Source: Candidatus Omnitrophota bacterium (GTDB lineage: Bacteria > Omnitrophota > Gorgyraeia > Zapsychrales > JANLHA01). Taken from it: a stretch of DNA of 32,000 nucleotides. Positions 1 through 7,920 of this stretch are shown one piece after another. The notes beneath the pieces were generated by a model that saw only the letters and a list, made by a program, of their open reading frames with translations, did not search any database and was not told the origin of the DNA. The stretch is from contig OY759724.1 in the NCBI GenBank assembly GCA_963662715.1, forward strand, positions 1,590,001-1,622,000, written 5' to 3'. Positions within the stretch are counted from its first letter, which is position 1. Every line of letters starts with the position of its first letter. Position numbers and translations under genes: made by a program.

Positions 1-267
1 GCGATGCAAAAAAGTCGGGACTTTGTTCCGGATCTTATTATTATGGATCTGGTTTTGCCGGATGTGGACGGCGCAGAAGTTGTTACCCGTTTAATAGAAA
101 GGACGTCTTTTAAAAATATGCCCAAAATTATTTTTGTTTCAGGGGTGATTTCTAATAATGACGCCAGCTCGGAATTTATTACTGTTAAGCAGTGGCAGTT
201 CCCGATCATTGCCAAACCTCTTGATATTAAGAGAATCAAAAGCGCAGTGAAAGAAATTCTGCAATAA
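1..267 (+). CDS. Response-regulator receiver (REC) domain protein, 5'-truncated by the window edge
   Basis: The frame is open from base 1. DLIIMDLVLPDVDG is a phospho-acceptor Asp motif and IIAKPLD holds the conserved Lys of CheY-like receivers. Stop codon TAA at 265-267. Confidence 0.8.
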   Translation, partial: AMQKSRDFVPDLIIMDLVLPDVDGAEVVTRLIERTSFKNMPKIIFVSGVISNNDASSEFITVKQWQFPIIAKPLDIKRIKSAVKEILQ

Positions 268-275
268 ATTTTATC

Positions 276-968
276 ATGAAACAATTCGTTCAATACCTGG
301 AGAATATGTTGCAGGCGCACCGCCGTCCCGCTTTGTGGAGCGCTGCTTTTTTATTTGTCTTTGGCAGTGCCGTGTACGGATTGTTGCTGGCACAAACAGA
401 GGCCGCTTTGACACATTTTGTCGTGCTGCCCTTTTGCTTCTCGATAAGTTTGTATGCCTTCTTTTTGGGTATGGGTATGGTATCCTCTGGGCAAAAGACT
501 GCTTGTTGTGATATCCGGAAAATTTTAACAGCTTTCGTGATTCTTGTTTTCAGCGGCAGTCTCCCGGTTATATTTTTAAAAATTTCTGCTTTCTGGGGGA
601 TCAGCCGGATTATTTTTATATGCCTATCGTACCTCTGCATCGCCGTCGCCGGTTATGTCTCGGGGAAAGGATTCTCCGCCTTTATAAATATCGTCCGGGG
701 GCAGGACGAGAAGGATGTCCCGCGTCTGTTGGGGGTGGGGGCCTGCGGGATTCTGTCCGGGATGTTGTGTTTTGCGTTTTTCTTTTTCCCCCGTTTAGGC
801 TTGCTGCGGGCATCTTTGCTCGCCGCTTTTATCACGGCCGGAGCGTCCATCCTGTTAACCTCACAGTATCATCTTGTCGCTCCGGAGAAGAGGGCAGAAA
901 CGGATGGTTTTGTTTTCTTGCATTTTGGGATATTTATTCTCTCCGGGGTTTTGTTTTTCCTTATATAA
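276..968 (+). CDS. Polytopic integral membrane protein, family unknown
   Basis: ATG-initiated 230-aa ORF with multiple hydrophobic helices (ALWSAAFLFVFGSAVYGLLLA, ILTAFVILVFSGSLPVIFL, FVFLHFGIFILSGVLFFLI). I recognise no family motif. Confidence 0.6.
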   Translation: MKQFVQYLENMLQAHRRPALWSAAFLFVFGSAVYGLLLAQTEAALTHFVVLPFCFSISLYAFFLGMGMVSSGQKTACCDIRKILTAFVILVFSGSLPVIFLKISAFWGISRIIFICLSYLCIAVAGYVSGKGFSAFINIVRGQDEKDVPRLLGVGACGILSGMLCFAFFFFPRLGLLRASLLAAFITAGASILLTSQYHLVAPEKRAETDGFVFLHFGIFILSGVLFFLI

Positions 969-1004
969 GGGGAGCCGGGGCTTTGATGAAGAATCATGGC
1001 CCTT

Positions 1005-2738
1005 TCAGATGTCTTTTGGGGCTTCTGCGGCGGGCGTCTGTCCGGCCGGGATTTGCCCGGAGGCCCGGTTTAAACACTTGTTCGGAGGTTCATCGATTCT
1101 TTTGTAGATCTTGACCGCATGGTTCCATCCCCAGCCTGCCTTTGTGTTCCACGAACCGAATAAAGCCTCGGTTTTAAAGTGATCCTGCATGTACTGATAA
1201 ATGAGAGGACAATATGTCCTGCCAAATACCCCCAGATGCTCTTGCGAGGAAATCGCCCTGTTGGAAAGAATGATGTACCGGACGCGGTGTTTTTCCAAAT
1301 CAGCGATAACGTTTCTTTCCTGTTCCGGCGTGATGTTTTTATGATCAAAAAAGATCAGCTGCCGGCTGGCCCCGTCGCGTCCGGTTAAAAAGTAATAAAG
1401 CGGATCAAAAGGCAGAGCAAAAATTTTTTCATCGTCCTCGGTGTGGTCCTGAATGTATCGGCTGGCCCGGGTTACGGTCTGTGTCCAGTCAACGGGGGAA
1501 GTTACGTAAACATTGCTCGCGCCGCAGACTAAGTGATTCAGGGGGTAGCTTTTCAGGAACTGCACCAGGACTCTTTCTCTGTAGATGTTTGTGAGGGACA
1601 AAATAAGAAGGGTGATAAAGATGAGGAATTTTATCCAGGGGTTGGATATCATCCGCGTTCCGGTCGAGATAATGATAAACATCAGGATCATAAAAGGGGG
1701 AATGATCCACAAGAGCCGGTAGTGGACGCCGCTGGCGATAAATTCATGAAGGGAAACGATCATCAGAAATATAATGGCCGAAGAAGCCAGTATGATATCG
1801 GAGCGTCTGGATGGATCGATTTGCCCTTTACGGAAGGATATGATGGCCTGGATCAGGGACAGCAACAGAAGCAGCGCAATAATAACCCGTCCGAAATCTT
1901 TCGTGCAGTTTATGATAATGGTTCTCCAGAGCATGCTCAAAGAACCTCCAACTCCGGTGGTTGTGTCTGTCCGGTAGCTTTTGAAAAAGGGAAAGGTCTG
2001 GCCCAGAACATAACCGGGGAGCGGGTATAATAAATAGCCGTAAATAAGGGTGACAATAAAGATGAGACCGAGAACAAGGCACAGGTAAATTTTGCGGTTT
2101 TTACCCCTTTGAGGATTTTTTTTGACCCCGTCTATGATCAGGAGGCTGGTGAAAAAAGCCGCAAGAGTGGAGACGCCCAGGTTGACGCGTATCAATAAAA
2201 TCATCAGCACACTCAAAGATCCCAGGAGGACGAACTTCCTTTTGGGCTTACGGATATATTTCAGAATAAAATACAGGGCTGTGACCAGAAAAAGCAGGGC
2301 CCCGGCATGGTTGTACGTATAAAAGAATTCCACGCCGCGGTAAGCCCAATACCAGGTGGCGCAGACAAAGGCGAGGGAGGGGGAAATAAAGATTGTACAG
2401 CACAGGTAAAGCACAAGTCCGATGAGCAGGATAAGGATATTCTGGCCCAGGAGAACGCTCTGAATGCTGACCCCGAATAACCGGTAAAAAATAATATAAT
2501 AATAAGGCATGAGCGGCCCGAAGAGCCAGGAGTAATCACGGTAAGGCAGGGCCCCTTCCATTGTTTTTTTAAAACAGTATAAATCCCGGCCATGATCTCC
2601 GGTTGAGATCATAAACTGGAAGTCGTTGAAAGGCCATAAGGTCAGAATCCCTACAAGGAAAGAGAGGAGAAAAAATATTTTTTTTGAGCTTGGTTTCCTT
2701 TTGGTTAATATATCTCGGATTCGGGCATAGGTTTTCAT
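1005..2738 (-). CDS. Polytopic membrane protein, GT-C-fold glycosyltransferase-like, with a C-terminal soluble domain (paralog of 3338..4975)
   Basis: Long ORF. I prefer the ATG at 2738 (MKTYARIRD...), which has an AGGA 7 nt upstream, over the TTG at 2765 used by the track. There are 10 or more predicted TM helices. The first loop motif after TM1, GDHGRDLYCF...LPYRDYSWLFGPLMPYYY, resembles the acidic-loop/PYRD motifs of polyprenyl-phosphate-dependent GT-C enzymes. The C-terminal ~150 aa are non-hydrophobic. The function call is weak; the coding call is strong. Confidence 0.75.
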   Translation of the reverse strand: MKTYARIRDILTKRKPSSKKIFFLLSFLVGILTLWPFNDFQFMISTGDHGRDLYCFKKTMEGALPYRDYSWLFGPLMPYYYIIFYRLFGVSIQSVLLGQNILILLIGLVLYLCCTIFISPSLAFVCATWYWAYRGVEFFYTYNHAGALLFLVTALYFILKYIRKPKRKFVLLGSLSVLMILLIRVNLGVSTLAAFFTSLLIIDGVKKNPQRGKNRKIYLCLVLGLIFIVTLIYGYLLYPLPGYVLGQTFPFFKSYRTDTTTGVGGSLSMLWRTIIINCTKDFGRVIIALLLLLSLIQAIISFRKGQIDPSRRSDIILASSAIIFLMIVSLHEFIASGVHYRLLWIIPPFMILMFIIISTGTRMISNPWIKFLIFITLLILSLTNIYRERVLVQFLKSYPLNHLVCGASNVYVTSPVDWTQTVTRASRYIQDHTEDDEKIFALPFDPLYYFLTGRDGASRQLIFFDHKNITPEQERNVIADLEKHRVRYIILSNRAISSQEHLGVFGRTYCPLIYQYMQDHFKTEALFGSWNTKAGWGWNHAVKIYKRIDEPPNKCLNRASGQIPAGQTPAAEAPKDI

Positions 2739-2805
2739 GAGAGACGGTCCTTGTCTGTTGAACAATCACTCCTTGATTGTCCGGAATGTTTTTTTGAATG
2801 TCGCA

Positions 2806-2822
2806 TATCATAAAATATGATA
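2806..2822. repeat. Perfect 7-3-7 palindrome TATCATA-AAA-TATGATA in a divergent intergenic region
   Basis: Read directly from the sequence. Each arm contains a TATGAT -10-like hexamer, one per strand. It lies between the divergent genes starting at 2738 (-) and 2992 (+). Confidence 0.5.
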
Positions 2823-2991
2823 AAATGAAATCTTTCTCACGCCCTGCGGCAAGTCTTCAGACCTCTTCCGAGCGCTGAATGAGGCCCCGGCAGAATCAAA
2901 AGACCGTGAGAATGATAAACTTAACTAACGATATCACACAATCCTTCATTTATGGATAAAAATCGTAAAAGAAAACAGTAAGGAGTAGATC

Positions 2992-3312
2992 ATGGTTCAG
3001 TTGCAGGATTTTCAGCAGATAGAATTAGTCGTGGCCCGAATTAAAGAGGTGCAGGACCATCCCAAAGCCGACCGTCTTTATGTCTTGAAGATTGATACCG
3101 GACAGCAGGAAAAACAGCTGGTGGCCGGCATCCGGTCTTCCTATTCCAAGCCGTCTTTGATCGGCCGCCAGATCATTGTTATCAATAACCTTGAGCCGGC
3201 TGTTATCCGGGGTGAAAAGTCTGAAGGCATGCTTTTGGCCGTGGGGGATGAAAAGGGCGTGGCCTTGATAAGCCCGGACCGGGACATGCCTCCCGGTACA
3301 CGCGTGCGATAA
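2992..3312 (+). CDS. Stand-alone tRNA-binding OB-fold protein (Trbp111/CsaA/EMAP-II-like)
   Basis: AAGGAG lies 6 nt upstream of the ATG. VARIKEVQDHPKADRLYVLKIDTG...QLVAGIR...IGRQIIVINNLEPAVIRGEKSEGMLLA is the canonical tRNA_bind signature seen in MetRS/PheT appendages and in CsaA. Confidence 0.85.
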   Translation: MVQLQDFQQIELVVARIKEVQDHPKADRLYVLKIDTGQQEKQLVAGIRSSYSKPSLIGRQIIVINNLEPAVIRGEKSEGMLLAVGDEKGVALISPDRDMPPGTRVR

Positions 3313-3337
3313 CTTCGAAAGTCGGCAGCCCTGCCTT

Positions 3338-4975
3338 TCAAAACTTCCGTTTAATAATGATGGTGCCGTGATGTTCGACCCATTGCGCAGGAGTTTTCCA
3401 GTCACCGAAAGCGGCAACCTGCTCGAAATTATCAATAAAATATTGTGCCAGGAGCCGGCAATGGGTCCTCCCGAAATAGCCGAGGCGGGACTCTCCGGTG
3501 TTTACACGGTTGGATAAGACGACGAACCGGACCCTCTGTTCCTGGAGGTCCTGAATGGTTTCGATTTCCTGTTCCACGGGAATGTGATTGTTGTAAAACA
3601 ACATCAGCTGCCGTGTCGGGGCTATCCGGTCCGTTAAATAATAAAGAGGATCATACGGAAAGACAAAAAATGTTTCTTCCGGCTGAAGATGTTTCTGCAG
3701 GTAGGCGGCGGTCTGTTCGACAGTATTGATCCATTGCGGGCTGTTCTGAAAATAGATCTGCGCCCGGGGATGCGACCAAAAGCGCCCGGAGGCTTTGAGC
3801 TCTCCTACGTCCTTCCGTATGGATGTCAGGCCGAGGAAAACCGAGAAGAACAGGTACAGAAACCATCTGAAATACCGGGAGCTGTATGTCGCCAGCAGGG
3901 AAAAGAGAGTGAACATAAATATGATGTGGAAAGGCGAGGCCCAGAAGAGCCGGTATTGAACGCCGCTGAAAAGATATTCATGGAGATGCGTTATGGAAAA
4001 CAGACCAAGGATAAGGATGGCTGTATAAACGTAGGGGGAAACTGTCTTGTTTTTTTTCTTTTGAAAAGTGTGCAGGACAGTGGATATGGCGGCGATGCTC
4101 AGCAGACTGAAAAACAGTTTTGAAAACCATGTTTTTGTGATTTCTTTTATGAGGTGTGTTTTGTAAACTTTCGCGGCCATAGATGCGGGCAGGCTGAACT
4201 GCCGGTCAGACCCCAGGAAGGGGAAGGATTGCCGGATGACATAAAAGGGAAGCCCTTTAAAGAACAGGTGGTAGAAGAAGGCTACCGCGAGAGGAAGAAT
4301 GACGCCAGCCAGGAGGTAGAAAAGCTTTTTGTCAGAAAATTTTCTGCGGTGAATCAGGTCCGTTATCCCGACCGAAAGAGTGAAGCTGAAGAGCGAACAT
4401 AACCCCATGTTCAGTTTTACAAAGGACAGCAGAAATATACCGAAAAGCCCTTTGTAAAGAGCAGAGGGTTTATTGTGAAAAAGGTACTGAACAAGAAAAA
4501 AGATGATCGCCGTAATTAACGTTATGCCTCCGGTATGATTATAGGTGAAAAAGAAGTAGGGGTAAAAATTCCAGAACCAGAGCGCCGCCAGCATGCCCCA
4601 GAAAGGACGGGCCAGGATGCGTAATGTGCGGTAAATGAAAAGACCGGCGGTGAGTTTCAACATGATTTCCCCGATAAGGATGCTCGGTATGGATAAGCCC
4701 AGGATCTTAAGGAAAAAGGCATAATAATATGGCATCAGCGGACCGTAAACCCACCAGTAATCCTGATAAGGAACCTGTCCTTTTAACGTCGCTGCGTAAC
4801 AGTAATAATCCCGGCCGTGATCCCCTTGGGCGATATTATTTTGATAGTTGTACAAAGGCCCCAGCATAATACATCCCAGTAAAATTAATACGGGAGGCAG
4901 GAATTGGGCCGTGGGGATTCTCCGGATACGGCGGAGAAAATTATGAAATTTATTTAAAATGAGGGATGTTTTCAT
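3338..4975 (-). CDS. Polytopic membrane protein, GT-C-fold glycosyltransferase-like, with a C-terminal soluble domain (paralog of 1005..2738)
   Basis: Long ORF. I prefer the ATG at 4975 (MKTSLILNKF...) over the TTG at 4993. It shares blocks with the other copy: GDHGRDYYCY...VPYQDYWWVYGPLMPYYY, FTYNH, LHE(Y/F)..SGV.YRL.W, and C-terminally F.FP(Y/F)DPLYY...RQL..F...I..EQE...I.DL...RVR(F/Y)..LSNR...LG.FGRT.C.L. Confidence 0.75.
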   Translation of the reverse strand: MKTSLILNKFHNFLRRIRRIPTAQFLPPVLILLGCIMLGPLYNYQNNIAQGDHGRDYYCYAATLKGQVPYQDYWWVYGPLMPYYYAFFLKILGLSIPSILIGEIMLKLTAGLFIYRTLRILARPFWGMLAALWFWNFYPYFFFTYNHTGGITLITAIIFFLVQYLFHNKPSALYKGLFGIFLLSFVKLNMGLCSLFSFTLSVGITDLIHRRKFSDKKLFYLLAGVILPLAVAFFYHLFFKGLPFYVIRQSFPFLGSDRQFSLPASMAAKVYKTHLIKEITKTWFSKLFFSLLSIAAISTVLHTFQKKKNKTVSPYVYTAILILGLFSITHLHEYLFSGVQYRLFWASPFHIIFMFTLFSLLATYSSRYFRWFLYLFFSVFLGLTSIRKDVGELKASGRFWSHPRAQIYFQNSPQWINTVEQTAAYLQKHLQPEETFFVFPYDPLYYLTDRIAPTRQLMLFYNNHIPVEQEIETIQDLQEQRVRFVVLSNRVNTGESRLGYFGRTHCRLLAQYFIDNFEQVAAFGDWKTPAQWVEHHGTIIIKRKF

Positions 4976-5081
4976 ATGAGTGTTTTCAAACAAAAGCGTA
5001 AGGACAGAATTTCAGTAATGCCGACAGGGCTACAATGTGTTACAATAGCAACGTTTTTAAAATAACATAAGCCCGGCTTAA

Positions 5082-5555
5082 ATGGAGAATTTATATAAAA
5101 ACTTTTTGAGGCCGGATGAGGCCGCGAAAGGAGGGGGCGTGACGGTTCATACAGCCTATATTCATTTATCGACCAACGGCCATGCCGATGTTGAAGATGT
5201 GACGCAGCAGGTGCAGCAAAAAGTATCGGCTTCAGGCCTGCAGGACGGAATTGTTACGGTGAGCGTCATCGGATCAACGGCGGCTGTCACAACCTGCGAG
5301 TTTGAACCCGGCCTGGTCAGGGATATTAAAGATATCCTGGATGCCCTGATCCCTCGAGGCTCTTATCATCATGATCAGACCTGGGGCGATGGGAACGGCC
5401 ATTCTCATTTAAGGGCTTCGCTGATCGGCCCGTCTTTGACCATCCCTTTTGCGGCAGGAAAGCTTATTTTAGGGACATGGCAGCAGATTATTCTTGTTGA
5501 TTGCGACAACAGGAGCAGAAAACGGCAGATTGTCGTGCAGATTTTGGGGGAATAA
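5082..5555 (+). CDS. YjbQ/UPF0047 family protein (secondary thiamine-phosphate synthase-like), divergent subtype
   Basis: The C-terminal signature GDGNGHSHLRASLIGPSLTIPF..GKLILGTWQQIILVDCD....RQIVVQILGE is typical of UPF0047. An alternative GTG start at 5139 directly follows AAAGGAGGGGG and would give a family-typical ~138 aa. Confidence 0.8.
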   Translation: MENLYKNFLRPDEAAKGGGVTVHTAYIHLSTNGHADVEDVTQQVQQKVSASGLQDGIVTVSVIGSTAAVTTCEFEPGLVRDIKDILDALIPRGSYHHDQTWGDGNGHSHLRASLIGPSLTIPFAAGKLILGTWQQIILVDCDNRSRKRQIVVQILGE

Positions 5556-5558
5556 GGC

Positions 5559-6101
5559 GTGGAATTCAAACAATTCGTCCCTTCTTTGGTTTGTTTGTCC
5601 TGTGACGGCTGCTGCCGTTTTCATGACCCTGCGAGCGGCTGGCGGCCCAAACTGGGAGCCGGGGAGCAGAACTCGGCAGGGCCTTTGGCAGGCTGTCTGG
5701 ATCTGGCCGCTGACAGCCGAGGGCTTGATGAAGAGGGCTTTATCCGTACGGAAGCAGACCAGGGCCAGCATCGTTGCCGTTTTCTTCAATTCAAGGACAA
5801 TACCTGCCAGGTTTATTGTTTTCGGCCGTTTGAGTGTCAGCTTTATCCTTTTCTCCTGATAAAGGAAGGAAAAGATTTCTTGGTCGGCCTGCATTTGAGT
5901 TGCCCGTTTGTTCAGAAATTTTTTGGAAAAGAGGAACTGGAAGCGTATAAGCTGTACCTGAATGATTTTTTGCGGCATCCGGAAATGATTCATTTTCTGC
6001 GGGATAATATTTCTTTGTTTGGCGATTATCAGGCATGGGCCCGGGAATGGGTCCCTGTCTTTTCCCTGACGGAATTGCTGTCATCAACATGTGATGGATA
6101 G
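5559..6101 (+). CDS. YkgJ-family Cys-cluster protein (putative Zn/Fe-chelating CxxCxxCC domain)
   Basis: GTG start 3 nt after the upstream stop. N-terminal CLSCDGCCRF and a distal CRFL....NTCQVYCFRPFECQLYPF match the UPF0153/YkgJ pattern. Confidence 0.7.
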   Translation: MEFKQFVPSLVCLSCDGCCRFHDPASGWRPKLGAGEQNSAGPLAGCLDLAADSRGLDEEGFIRTEADQGQHRCRFLQFKDNTCQVYCFRPFECQLYPFLLIKEGKDFLVGLHLSCPFVQKFFGKEELEAYKLYLNDFLRHPEMIHFLRDNISLFGDYQAWAREWVPVFSLTELLSSTCDG

Positions 6102-6987
6102 AGAACTTGAGCATTATAAGGATTTGGTTGATAAATATTTGCGTTTAAACCGCTATGCGCTTTGCGCGTATTCATTTGTTTCCGTTTTTCTCTGGAAAGA
6201 TTTTTTTCAGTTTCATTTCGAGATTATTGACGGCCAGCTTTGTATCTTCGCTGAGAATGATTCGGGGATTTTTCTTTATCTGCCTCCTTTAGGAAGGGAA
6301 TTCAACCCGGAAACAGTGCGGGATTGTTTCGCTTTGATGGGGCGGAGGAATTCCGGGCAGGGGGTGACGAGGATAGAAAATGTTGACTGGCGTCAGATAT
6401 CGTTTTTCTCCGGGGACAGCCTTTGTTATTTAAAGGGGTACGAATTTCTTTATTACAAAAAAGATATCATTCAGTTGAAAGGAAAATCGTATAAATCGAA
6501 ACGTTCGGATTATAATCATTTTATCAAAACACATAAATACCTCTTTGCCCCTTTTTGTGAGACCATGAAGGATGAATGTTTGAACCTTTACGACCAGTGG
6601 CAGGAGGACCGGGCCAGGAAGCACCCGGATGACATTTACCGTCATATGCTCTCGGAGAACCGTCAGGTTCATGCCCTGGGCATGCAGAACGCACGGTTAT
6701 TGGATCTGGTCGGACGGGTCGTTATCGTGGACGGAGAGATTAAAGCGTATACGTTCGGGTATTGGGTTCAGGATGCTGTTTTCTGTGTTCTTTTTGAAGT
6801 CGCGGACTGTACGTGTAAGGGGTTGCCGGTGTTTGTTTTTCATGAACTCTGTGCCGATGAGGAATTAGGGAGAGCCCGTTTTATCAATACGATGGACGAT
6901 TTCGCCATGCCGCAGCTTGAGAGAACGAAGGAGTCCTTCCGGCCGATTATGAAGCTTCCGTCTTACACCGTTTCTCCGGCGTCGTAG
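6091..6987 (+). CDS. DUF2156 / MprF C-terminal-domain-like (double GNAT-fold) protein
   Basis: The start (GTG 6091 or ATG 6094) overlaps the YkgJ stop at 6099-6101. Blocks FVSVFLWKDFF, LKGKSYKSKRSDYNHF, VDGEIKAYTFGY and INTMDDFAMPQLERTKESFRP follow the DUF2156 (LPG_synthase_C-like) consensus as I recall it. Confidence 0.6.
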   Translation: MMDRELEHYKDLVDKYLRLNRYALCAYSFVSVFLWKDFFQFHFEIIDGQLCIFAENDSGIFLYLPPLGREFNPETVRDCFALMGRRNSGQGVTRIENVDWRQISFFSGDSLCYLKGYEFLYYKKDIIQLKGKSYKSKRSDYNHFIKTHKYLFAPFCETMKDECLNLYDQWQEDRARKHPDDIYRHMLSENRQVHALGMQNARLLDLVGRVVIVDGEIKAYTFGYWVQDAVFCVLFEVADCTCKGLPVFVFHELCADEELGRARFINTMDDFAMPQLERTKESFRPIMKLPSYTVSPAS

Positions 6988-7035
6988 GGACCTGTGCATA
7001 TGGAATAAAAAAACAGCAATGTCGGGACAGGAATT

Positions 7036-7869
7036 ATGGAGCATATTCAGGACACTTGTTTTGTCATTCTCGATGTCGAGACGACAGGGCTGTCCACCCG
7101 TAACGGGGATAAAATCATTGAAGTGGCCGGACTGAAACTGCAGGGACTGAATATCGTCGACCGTTTCGAAAGCCTGATTAATCCTCTACGGCCTCTTTCC
7201 TATGAAGCTTTCTTAGTCAACTGGATCACCCCTGAGATGGTGGAAGGGGCTCCGGCGGCCGCAGAAATTTTACCGCAGTTTTATGCTTTTTTGCAGGACA
7301 GTTGTCTGGTGGGGCACAATATCAAATTTGATTTGTCTTTCCTGTCGTATGAGTTTTCTTCGCTGGGGTTGGACCTGGATAAAAAGATCCCTGCGCTGGA
7401 TACGTGTAAAATGGCCCGCGGTCTTATGCCGGAATTAGGACGGTATGCCTTAAAAGCCGTTGCGTATGCTTTGGGTGTTGTTGAGCCCCAACGGCACCGT
7501 GCCATGGCGGACGTTGAAATGACATACGAGGTTTTTCGTTCCCTGATGGATATGGCCGAACGTCGGGACATTTATGCCCTTCCCATTTTGTTGCGCCTTT
7601 TTGGCCGGCCCGGCAGTTGTCCCGCAACAGAGCGACAGGGATTTGTGGAAATGATCCGGGAAGCGATGAACACATCCCGGTCTTTAGAACTGATTTATTC
7701 CGGCCGCTGCGGCAGAGATATCACATTCCGAACGGTCACTCCTAAACAGATCGTCGGGAACGGGCCCCGGGCTTTTCTGGTCGGTCATTGCCATCTGCGG
7801 CAGGAGGAACGGATGTTCCGGTTGGACCGGATCGTGTGGCTGGCCAAGAATCGGGAGGCAGATTCATGA
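7036..7869 (+). CDS. DEDDh (DnaQ/epsilon-like) 3'-5' exonuclease fused to a C-terminal WYL domain
   Basis: Exo I is VILDVETTG, Exo II is GHNIKFDLSFL and Exo III is HRAMADVEMT. The C-terminal LELIYSGRCGRDITFRTVTPKQIV....RAFLVGHCHLRQEERMFRLDRIVWL follows the WYL pattern (Y..G....R.V.P......yL.a.C.....R.FRLDRI). Confidence 0.8.
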   Translation: MEHIQDTCFVILDVETTGLSTRNGDKIIEVAGLKLQGLNIVDRFESLINPLRPLSYEAFLVNWITPEMVEGAPAAAEILPQFYAFLQDSCLVGHNIKFDLSFLSYEFSSLGLDLDKKIPALDTCKMARGLMPELGRYALKAVAYALGVVEPQRHRAMADVEMTYEVFRSLMDMAERRDIYALPILLRLFGRPGSCPATERQGFVEMIREAMNTSRSLELIYSGRCGRDITFRTVTPKQIVGNGPRAFLVGHCHLRQEERMFRLDRIVWLAKNREADS

Positions 7870-7920
7870 AGGAAAGCCGCCGCAACGCATGTCAGGGTAT
7901 GTTGAGGGCAGGGAGTCAAT

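Noticed and set aside
620-1114. 164-aa plus-strand ORF overlapping the end of the membrane-protein gene and the 3' end of the convergent GT-C-like gene.
   Set aside because: It is an alternative frame of two better-supported genes. Its Arg/Gly-rich composition is typical of an off-frame translation.
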